DNA of 64,000 bases from Candidatus Omnitrophota bacterium (GTDB lineage: Bacteria > Omnitrophota > Gorgyraeia > Tantalellales > Tantalellaceae): positions 107-64,106 of the forward strand of contig JADHWG010000002.1 of the NCBI GenBank assembly GCA_016783605.1, read 5' to 3'. Positions 58,601 through 62,203 of the stretch are shown piece after piece (position 1 is the first letter of the stretch; each line of letters opens with the position of its first letter). Made by a program: the position numbers and the translations under genes. The notes under the pieces are model-generated. The model was given only the letters and a program-made list of their open reading frames with translations. It had not been told where the DNA came from and made no database searches.

Positions 58601-59250
58601 AAGTAAAAATGTCAAATAAAGCGAAACTGTTTGTGGAAAATATAGCTATAGGGAGGTGCAGTAAGAGGGAAACTAAATATATCAGCGTGTCCGCCGCGAC
58701 TGCCGCGGATATGAGGTTTATTGCCGGCGCTTTGGATAAAATGGGGCTTGACAAACAAAAGGCTTCGAAGTTCATACAGGTTCGTGTTTGTAACAAAAAT
58801 GTGACCGGTAAAAATCTGGATAAATATTTGAAAAGGACAGGACTCGGCGCGTATTTGGCGAGAGAAAACGTCAAAGTGGTTTCATCCGCGAATGAACTCG
58901 AACTCGAGAAGACGATGGATGTAGTAAAACAGACGTTTGGCAATGAGATTAATCCGGGACACGTATTTATCGGAGATTCGAGAGACATAGTGCAAGCGGA
59001 TAGAGATTCCTTGAAGCAAAAGAACGCGCCCGTATATGTTCAGATGCGCCGAGAAGGCACCGCGTCACAGCTTCTGCGCGCTATGATAGAACTTGCCGCT
59101 ACGGGGGAGAAGAGAAAGATAAAGATAAAAGGTCTTGGAATTATATTGCGGAAGGACGGATATTATGTCTTTCTGCCGGATATTAAACCGGTAATTAATC
59201 TATTGCGGGAAGAGATCGAAAACTATGAAACAATTTGTTCGATGGTGTAA
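43636..59250 (+). CDS. Giant multi-domain membrane protein, 5204 aa (paralog 2): N-terminal anchor, conserved N-module interrupted by an in-frame palindromic element, lectin/CBM-like beta-sandwich, possible glycosidase-like region, extended YD/MORN-like repeat region, scattered multi-TM segments, conserved C-module
   Basis: Single uninterrupted track ORF. The N-terminus LFQQIAWAQGG, the IYHIQDSHASLGAQYSIVELLDSLATDYNVNLIALEGAEG region and ALVTGGYHTEGLTKIMKEKKLSYLVIAPKF are homologous to the ORF at 1746. The C-terminal about 430 aa (KYISVSAATAADMRFIAGALDKMGLDKQKASKFIQVRV ... VYVQMRREGTASQLL) are homologous to the C-terminus of the ORF at 1746. YD-like repeats (FNYDSNGKLTDQTKYNDDGE, VEYDREGNIVDIIDPDGN) lie at about nt 52560-55140. 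Confidence 0.85.
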   Translation: MGKEKSLYIFTDVRLKKRRIIRVIAFLVASLYLFQQIAWAQGGAPRASSISRPVSGTEGVSRGELPKVPYKFGKTHEFSVNTNETGEIIYHIQDSHASLGAQYSIVELLDSLATDYNVNLIALEGAEGYIDTSVLQSFPDKEIRRDAADRLMKKGLMGAAEFFTVTRDEKEIDLYGIEDEELYRKNVNEFREVVEERSVKIANIDAFLTQLKLLEKEICSERLLRLNRYSFLHRNCELSFSNYRKELLEFTDRFKIDEGSGNFSPNPHPEQGEGSLVNFSKGSIEILQPFGLQDEESGNSPTPQIDTGKYSELAKLTEAISLEKSIDFQKANTERRALIDKLSELLDKAALKELVIKSVDFQQNMISPSEFHEYLVGMSKSRKIPPETYPNLNMFARYISVYEKVNLFYLTKECEFLEKEIREKLYRNEDERKLVEITQMTRMLRRLYSMELTPGDHSFIKTERARRSAEEFTLFIKEACKKYGVIFEEGYDIPEMFAGIEPAMTFYETAEKRNQHILKNTVTRMKKSGARAAALVTGGYHTEGLTKIMKEKKLSYLVIAPKFESGEERPYIAVLTGKKKPYQKLLKTGKYQLAMEPFFYRSNMEEMKEDLFYALGRVVLKGEDLKKVKDALYNNHKIEYEKRISQKEKETKFDVITPTELKAFLDNIHVIRSGTSAVIGDKTDKNSIIVLARKNSVYNFKTATPSQKRKLLNRISEGKMPEEMEGIGTNITDFVHDRSQILTKLDKSTPAIVQKILANLTEGKIDENEIKEQAVILLKRKGMPSDWQSDIGLKKRVNRVIALVRQGFAAKKTEKEKKKFGEWKKAIDVEKYWENLKNVLGEVPEEVLVNGIDFEFANFVDHMWSFIQQIIDSEKFKREIIQCYNQKNADADKNYQDIIQRLKSLRSQIFSNQTFNILGDDVSPEIRKHWNYILSEYVGCRWFSDITEKHAEIFEDTLHEKITSQNKSEIEKYTKHFRKNLPFKSKKKVPLRIFMKYLYIKILEATKYWENEVDVYIESKEETCNNGVKYFINNIDMKNLEKDRVKKGEKDICVVLKEMMDILLVGNLYSDFANPTKEKKREKYPVDDSAETLDHFFKLREQTRRGKDTELHVLHDNVGLELVSIFHLIDFCIKNEIVKKVVLHTKNYPYAISDVVGEKDIRMQINALQNASELSDIAFEKTGNIKYMEQLSDDITGHLKNQNIVIAKPHWFPTLGQNFLDIPEDYYNELKKADLILAMGDGWYSKLFLTRNWKYTADAKEILSYMPAPTVIFRIGKNPIIAGLTAKMAEYLKKIGKWWKPPRFGMIHFARGGKYARKKAYNEYETHEEAIDEQLEIAYAEGRFKAVSDEIVAPVAEFFKTSGYEKISKKLTKDPNTATRQIAINEVTGIEDFRGHASWRGIHISAELDDEEKQKVLVHEVGAYYRLTHGLNLDLEALYLDYLKKKEIDKKTAREKFKKLKEMKELPEGFSPERDYSGEPLRVIEGNAKKATFFHIIGRKIKRIVFRVIGRKEKTCSLYVIEGKAKMERDPGYFPSENSGMTSVELSRNSRMTKERTSQNSGQRAVIPVEEPGSIFRNYKKLFKLLSIFTFILGLIIVPAIKLTHFMTPSKNAPPFEYRIKESVKPVTDFLVKGLSAHGPTDIIKIEPQGTFSIEHGVEITAYNALYDVPSNAFVSDYYLMFVFKEGVSPGTRLQIFLKNREWKNLYAYPGSPTGGKVIFRPGIDPCNVCQFKPEETPYGDISAIGVKVWDGSSGNALSNLKKVYVVKNGIKPEDVLREKKTPLSQEKKESQKTPVPQFVKTPQEKLPAPPVAIPQEKSKKQKSSDPDAIVVPLDIPGTWYGQKWPDSQAISNVRYDPKRKALVGDFNIIQGHPNLDRGEVIVDVLDLGISPFNFDKWELTADVKVDVKEGSFGHTPNNADGVGFFVKTGPAQGWKNAYEWENHPENEVGDWKTISFSRGEFNKIDRVDPQDGFPLKDPIIRMFGIKLGAGKDHTGSKFTKAKGKILVRNVRITPRREKYAPPDFWPKAPSARKKVSGEIKIPITTNWPVREDAGNWAVKATHVKGGILALTVKLRGGDPEGNHNKGETYLPLYDKRGKRVVPVPGLPEEGYFDARGKVIKSMVWVPKSYAEGKKIPSAIQTGAHDKHYNYQNNAWNPSLITKNLTGKWHELKFYPMDPAENEPGYTDDDFLVVAFGELLFKTGLPGATSPDYKWDGHIYFTDIRIETDDRVFPEPVPPLIKTKMYAENPKDKPPVPIELFEMLSGAGGYGIFDFDHIPEGRAALEEKIKKMPPNARVWRHMALFGSLSPNGPILFDENDNFIDFGFIDPVTGKTVIIGVEGMKKCVDERLSILKQYGKVEITSLVAHDAADGKKKKENRIEGDRPNLFTDSKKFKRFLQGIKPILEHIRDKWRAPVPDSAGLDLIQHNFNNPKTVVAMLELFNEPLNMDTAQVPVPCIQRRIHELFELVYEIDPTWLLSTGMRDYESWKYFAHFVLPEYYDGIKNVKNPFYKNVVPQSHWYGDKESVTPLATNVGKFFMPEHVLFWLKGELDPRTPEEYKAAIGIVEVMRQVYVSAYGGGLFWVDDEFLPNWKDYQKFFKDNTAQVPFTPPTPAKPVQVVITQEVLKTLPNTIKAIKEGSLTYRDVTIFAQSEYPITFKMLTEKDVNIKLTRIGLRTDIIEALTGLAESVILRGYPLNYETISRAFKEIITLHAAKELMPHAKMLQENGIAVTHKNLSRVLKKTSPSLIPKCAEKAPPSVIPEFAEGEYPGSCTHKKLIMSLAAMLTMAPVVASANWGNIVMESGIFTTVMNFCFFAVPILVFSAVMVGICLTAQKVLIDPLANVLDPGSSPASSAGFGRDDKKEEGSDWNNTSGHFTKKVKIAGRALPGVVVVLLLIAVGVIYWMQKTTPPEFVPEKPVYEDVIDTKEEKLEIEEPRQKKFSKKLKANSPRDGPEDAEKREREDTLEKERAEFDKIFGMSKVITHADGSYKIAYYPPGAVVSSEIYFYSADKTLNKISYFDPNTGIPSCDAYLDPNGTEISRDYFDPNIQDLTKTVYLSPDGKETFIVRNRYSSHLSQMDPNGGTTEYYFGRKSSFFPSSFDIYDTSGDRATLLMLDTNSWSLKERTDRGTTEDGISYETITDLQTNTTAYREYWSGTLIQMYWESRDSEGNVGGRIFYDKKGMSVETRDAKDRVTLLKKEDRITETKYYPGKHVNQMESAHTEYLVPRNGICSEAIWMNRDGSKDAQQFDYEDKTSMWREFNKDDSYEETYFDEEGKQSEVIYYDSNNNVIQPAEEDEEGIEMGRDVSHLKRNVTHLTTLSLIAFAARELILPAVSEAYGGGFITRAVMTGFENPVISVLILMALIGLEFFVYKLRVKALSKRAGDFYARSRARTEWLIAAVLTIFVFGTVFLVKNIKHKEPAQNVQKTEDIQIKKSEEEISVDVNAIIRRVKKRRYGTYGRPEPSSLKNIQLPEAMREFEGLRFLYESSDGKTEFYESPYEKFEKISFRYNPNDTLMQISGFDAEGNDYTIYRSWPRGNSTIYSHTDDLKKDMIFNYDSNGKLTDQTKYNDDGECDWRDNQENGIWYHHTYEYGPDGWLKKETKLDAFGITPLKEWEYEPGTYLLLRETNSDKSFIEYDYSYDDPDDPEGYEWKQFGWHYDPNGGLVKTVEYDREGNIVDIIDPDGNPAQMVVNPTDGSYYFYAMEYGDRAEYHYSSKNEFFKEVRYDGSRISRIIERVSPNEKKDTHIWKDNTYSTYYSEINEDGDFIKTNRVEYFNSEGWSIKKYNYETKECSKFEYPPNEAYFIEKCYRGENFETFIEIVRHPYPQSKKSSAYDSSTMNFLAKKVFSPTGAGSAAAGAILLFPAIANAIGKVSGSAGVLPVSTVLLRFLSHPLSAGIFGAVFGVIAYLAIDWTAEKIQEASASSIGFPGEIKLTRSSFVKGAIGGVLLFLWWLSNPFRAFGSDKSDPFLKIFKLNSDEKEIKEFDVQKYSGAFIYSAMVFSEKGELIGKFPTFLINRILDKETHNIVGYSYIGKAGIFNKAGRKIGAITPDRDIQNIEGKIIGKVDDYHKGDLKNKRGKIVAIRRESGCVMLDINGTNYLLKHEDFYSERKEMVSKFFKNLSVDAQKKIISVLELSKGRELSLFIRDVVLTLREWHLREHNPMGIGELRQLIKADERSSAILVKFVLSNELFRDLFDVSFNELVSRAQKTNKSFAEFLRVDAGLKDNDVVKFSGILALFGGLEKAVKVYPKYLTGVVPKLFESVKQLKREAYFTERLYEKVLADKFLHKTDFENALINLYKSLDPKSVKRDLIEITSSLLGDNLSANTKKELNLKSIDTSAYKKVPLDSVVHNDTLVVKNYFYDKRWYDYLLKVLPAFGYPEGGIKIENNAFLATQRINGIMVKFIGILNSTEEEKGDPFSELKAGILVHRGHQGKETRTTFNGREAQVPLLLPLGCRSAGDADWLIAGKYPEAVMWGTGGTGEGLKNTPFVFHLVKAICKKEYTTWKQAYSYLEQRLGKGVARNYMRPDSLTFILIKELKKRYPDAVKNYNFQLSETTPARAGPRQYGDIFAPNITRREMLRGSFRLPIIGIILSGIRNRDKSTEDSPRKNDEKEKRNVENKTEPFGKRPLNINPTFIALLLFGLSVWLLGAERNLSNISWLAMGALCGCLILFLGKLYSEKVTAGIIVFLKNNGVSVPTIYKLWKVSKNTLPFVMAIMFVMTGWFMCKKMSPEYASMRIVSAVALSILSGCFLLEKQTEEAMLRRMDKIVVAGLNLMIRVFSLVIIEGYNSAVTIINSLNEKIMEFRNGVRKNDKSDFTITLGVSSEIYKKLISKDAISELYKRGINRVVSLDKFGAREEMMRELSEKTKGEKVICLLLDETTFGQLDLKDSQGNMKMKKFMNTVDLFVERAQKDIFPLMHPELTRINAETVKKINDAAKLRGFLDMHARTLREVESLELVDKSIYDERLADLQSVLFSKVKMSNKAKLFVENIAIGRCSKRETKYISVSAATAADMRFIAGALDKMGLDKQKASKFIQVRVCNKNVTGKNLDKYLKRTGLGAYLARENVKVVSSANELELEKTMDVVKQTFGNEINPGHVFIGDSRDIVQADRDSLKQKNAPVYVQMRREGTASQLLRAMIELAATGEKRKIKIKGLGIILRKDGYYVFLPDIKPVINLLREEIENYETICSMV
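44407..44545 (+). repeat. Complete P4-family palindromic element (139 nt) inserted in frame within giant gene 2
   Basis: Seen: gaggggtcggggaatttttctccgaaccctcatcctgagcaaggcgaaggatctct ... agagatccttcagccctttggacttcaggatgaggagtcgggaaactccccgacccctc. The arms match the intergenic half-copies at 27547 and 28447. It is translated as EGSGNFSPNPHPEQGEGSLVNFSKGSIEILQPFGLQDEESGNSPTPQ and coincides with an indel of about 46 aa relative to paralog 1. Confidence 0.8.
48233..48357 (+). repeat. Imperfect palindromic segment inside giant gene 2 that resembles the intergenic P2 family (gatcccgg...ccgggatgacaag ... ctgtcatcccgg...ccgggatc)
   Basis: Seen in sequence. Related short segments occur at 51893-51960 (tgtcatcccggaatttgccgaaggcgaatatccgggatc) and at 52190-52230. 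Confidence 0.5.
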
Positions 59251-59471
59251 TAGGTTGGATAGAACTCTGGTCTTTTGAGGTGGGAATTAGCAGGGGTAAA
59301 TATAGTCGACAAACAAAGAATTTGCTTTTAGCGCCAATATATGATATATTTTTTGCGAACCATAACAAAAGGTTCGCAAAGGAAAGATGATATAACCCGT
59401 TGCGATATGGGGAGTTATCCAAATAAAGCATCAAAGCATGGTTCGAAAAATGGCGTTTAAATGGAGAGAAT

Positions 59472-60506
59472 ATGAATATTATGGAATTGAGGAAAGAGAT
59501 CGAAAAAATTAGAAAAAATAGGGCAGATTTCATTAATGTTTCAAATTTGGAATGGTATTCCCTTTTTAAAGATGAAATTCGAAATTCTATAGCAATAGAG
59601 GGAGTTTTCGCGAATAGAAACGATCTTTTAGATGTTCTGGAAAGGAACAAAAGAACTGATAGTGAAAAAACCGCTTCAATTTTAGGTTATTTTGAATCTG
59701 CAAGTTCAATGTATGAGTATGCGCACAATCAACATAAAGAAAAAGAGTTTGTTTTAAAAGTGTCGGATGTAAAACAAATCCATACACTTCTCATGAGGTA
59801 TGAAAAAGACATGGGGATATATCTTGGTGATCTGGGAGAATACAGAAAAACCAACGTGGAAGTTGCAAGCGCTACTTTTAAGCCTATAGACGTTTATTAT
59901 GTGGCCACAGCAATGAATCTTCTCGTAAAGTGGGTAAATTCTAAAATTGCCGACAAAGAATTTGATCCGGTGACCTTAGTAACCATTTCACATATCTGGT
60001 TTGAAACCGTTCACCCTTTTAGGGACGGGAACGGAAGAGTAGGGCGAATATTGTTGTCGTATCTTTTAGTTGGCGCGGGCTTTGTAAATATCGCAATTAA
60101 AGGTGTAGCAAAAAGTGATAGGGAGATATATTATAATGCTCTTGAAGCATGTGACGATTGTTTTGAGCGTATGCATCGAGATTTAGAGAAAAAAAAGAAA
60201 ATCGTTACAAAAGACGTTGACAGATACATGAAAGATGTTGATTTCGATCCGCTATCAAAAATCATTGTTAAACGTTTGGAAGACAGTGTAAAGCGGTTAC
60301 GGACTATATCGAAAGATAAGTTGAAAGGTGATGCTGTTCTTTCTTTGCGTGAGTTAGCGGAAACATACAACTATTCGCAGAACTATTTGAGGAATTTGAT
60401 AAATAGAGGGCAACTAAAGGCACACAAAGAGGGTAAGTTATGGTATGTACGAGTCCGGGATATGCAAAAATACATGGAATCAATTGCAAAAAAATCAACC
60501 TTGTAG
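59472..60506 (+). CDS. fic: Fic-family protein (Fido domain AMPylase/Doc-like) with C-terminal HTH
   Basis: 344 aa. It has the canonical Fic motif HPFRDGNGRVGR and a C-terminal excisionase/MerR-like HTH (LRELAETYNYSQNYLRNLINRGQLKAHKEGKLWYV). Confidence 0.85.
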   Translation: MNIMELRKEIEKIRKNRADFINVSNLEWYSLFKDEIRNSIAIEGVFANRNDLLDVLERNKRTDSEKTASILGYFESASSMYEYAHNQHKEKEFVLKVSDVKQIHTLLMRYEKDMGIYLGDLGEYRKTNVEVASATFKPIDVYYVATAMNLLVKWVNSKIADKEFDPVTLVTISHIWFETVHPFRDGNGRVGRILLSYLLVGAGFVNIAIKGVAKSDREIYYNALEACDDCFERMHRDLEKKKKIVTKDVDRYMKDVDFDPLSKIIVKRLEDSVKRLRTISKDKLKGDAVLSLRELAETYNYSQNYLRNLINRGQLKAHKEGKLWYVRVRDMQKYMESIAKKSTL

Positions 60507-60557
60507 GTGGAATGACACTTGGTGGAATCTGCGGGTTCCAAGAAGATTCTAAGGTTT

Positions 60558-60983
60558 TTACTGCTTCTTAAGGTATTTTACAACATATTTTTGGAAATCG
60601 CGGAAATCCTTAAGGTTATTAAGATGTTCGTAAATGAGCTGAGGATCAACTTTAAGATATTCGTGGGCAAGGATGTTACGCAAACCTGCCATAGGTTCAA
60701 TCTTTTTGGCGAAATTTTTTGGAATTATTTTATTGGAGGAAATAATTTGTAGTGCATCTTTATTATCCCTGGGTCTGGACCAGTCGTTATCCACAATTAT
60801 ATGGTGACAAATATCCAGAATGCATTGAATGGCAACCTCAAGACATCGTTCGGCAAGTTTGAATATTTTGGGGTCAGAGCAAAATTTCTTCTGAGAAACA
60901 GCTTTTAATTCATCAAGAAGGAGAATGTTTTCACGCATTTCGCTTAATCTTTCATTAACGGTTTCCGGATTTACCATAATCAA
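60558..60983 (-). CDS. hepT: HepT (DUF86) RNase toxin
   Basis: 141 aa. It has the R-x4-HxY motif as RNILAHEY and overlaps the upstream MNT gene by 4 nt. Confidence 0.8.
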   Translation of the reverse strand: MIMVNPETVNERLSEMRENILLLDELKAVSQKKFCSDPKIFKLAERCLEVAIQCILDICHHIIVDNDWSRPRDNKDALQIISSNKIIPKNFAKKIEPMAGLRNILAHEYLKVDPQLIYEHLNNLKDFRDFQKYVVKYLKKQ

Positions 60984-61387
60984 ACTCCTTGTAAAATTTT
61001 TTTATGCAGAGCTTCGTCGTATAGTTTGCGAATAGGTGCTTCGTCTATGTACCTTTTTATGGTGGAAACCTCAAAGCGTATTCTGTCCATTTCGTTTTTA
61101 CAGTATAGAAGAAAGTTATGTGCCGTGATTTCATATTTAAGTAACAGAGGCGCGTAATGCAGGCTTACTATGTCAACCTTGGATGGAAAGAATTTACTTA
61201 AATCCGAGGAAAGACGCGCAATTTCTTTAAGCGCAAGCGGGTCGCAGGGTTCTTTTTTGAACAAAACGGCAATATCAAAATCACTTTGTTCAGAAGCGTT
61301 GCCTTTAACCCGTGAGCCGAAGAGGTAGGCAAGTTTTACTTTATGTTTGTGAAACACATTTTTATCTATTTTTGGTGAAAAATTCAT
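60980..61387 (-). CDS. mnt: MNT-family nucleotidyltransferase antitoxin
   Basis: 135 aa. YLFGSRVKGNASEQSDFDIAVLF is the GS-x-DxD nucleotidyltransferase motif. Confidence 0.8.
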   Translation of the reverse strand: MNFSPKIDKNVFHKHKVKLAYLFGSRVKGNASEQSDFDIAVLFKKEPCDPLALKEIARLSSDLSKFFPSKVDIVSLHYAPLLLKYEITAHNFLLYCKNEMDRIRFEVSTIKRYIDEAPIRKLYDEALHKKILQGV

Positions 61388-61410
61388 AAAATTACCTCAC
61401 CCGAATAATA

Positions 61411-61554
61411 TCATAAACATAGACGAATATCAAAGTTTTCTGTAATATGCAGGAAATTCTCATCGTATTGGAATATATACCCGCCATCAGTTTCTTCCAA
61501 AATTCCTGCCAGTTCATTTTTATAATAAACTTTTGCTTTCCTGTGGTCATTCAT
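61411..61554 (-). pseudogene. 47-aa remnant matching the N-terminal subdomain of HipA-family kinases (HipS-like). The kinase core is absent.
   Basis: Read manually from the minus strand: MNDHRKAKVYYKNELAGILEETDGGYIFQYDENFLHITENFDIRLCL. The V-Y-x-N-x-L-x-G-x-L-x4-G-x-Y-x-F-x-Y-D pattern is the HipA N-terminal domain signature. It lies 30 nt downstream of the HipB-like HTH gene. Confidence 0.4.
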
Positions 61555-61583
61555 GAAAATTTTTCCTGAAATTTTTATGTTAT

Positions 61584-61793
61584 TTACATTTTGCCGCGAT
61601 TCTTTTTTTCTATTGACAGATAGTATCCTAAAAATTCTAAAACTTTGTTCACTTTGTCCACTCGCACAGTAGTTTTGCCTTGTTCAAGTTCTCGAAGGAA
61701 TCTTAATCCAACACCGGATCTCTTGGCAAATTCAACTTGGGTTAATTTTGTTTTCTTACGCAATTGTTTAATTTGTTTGTTTAAATTTTTCAT
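61584..61793 (-). CDS. XRE-family helix-turn-helix regulator (HipB-like antitoxin)
   Basis: 69 aa. KLTQVEFAKRSGVGLRFLRELEQGKTTVRVDKVNKVLEFLG is an HTH_XRE domain. Confidence 0.75.
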   Translation of the reverse strand: MKNLNKQIKQLRKKTKLTQVEFAKRSGVGLRFLRELEQGKTTVRVDKVNKVLEFLGYYLSIEKKNRGKM

Positions 61794-62203
61794 AATATTT
61801 CCATAATGCTATACAAAAGTATACCACTCAGCGGGTATAAATTCAACATATGTCTTGATATTTTATACCCTTGAAGGTGCAAAATGGAATAATATGCCCC
61901 CTTAAGGGTATAAGAACGCAAAGAAACATCGAAGTTATACCTCATCGGGTGTAAAAAACTCCCCTCACTTCCACCTCGTAGGTGGAGGTGAGGGGAAGCG
62001 AAATTGGGGATTTTGTGAAAACAAAAAACAACCGCGAATGAGCTTATCCATAGAGATAAAAGCCAAGGTGTTAAGATATAAAATAGCTTATTTTAATGGT
62101 TTTAATGGTATCGTTTTTATGATAGAATAAATACGATTAAAGCGATGTAACTTTTTTGTAATATAACGATAAGGTGGGAGAATAAAGATTAAAGGAGTGT
62201 GAA

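Noticed and set aside
59195-59650. Track ORF 59195-59650(-) spanning the giant gene 2 stop and the fic start region
   Set aside because: It overlaps two well-supported + strand genes in antisense. It has no RBS and is AT-rich low-complexity sequence.
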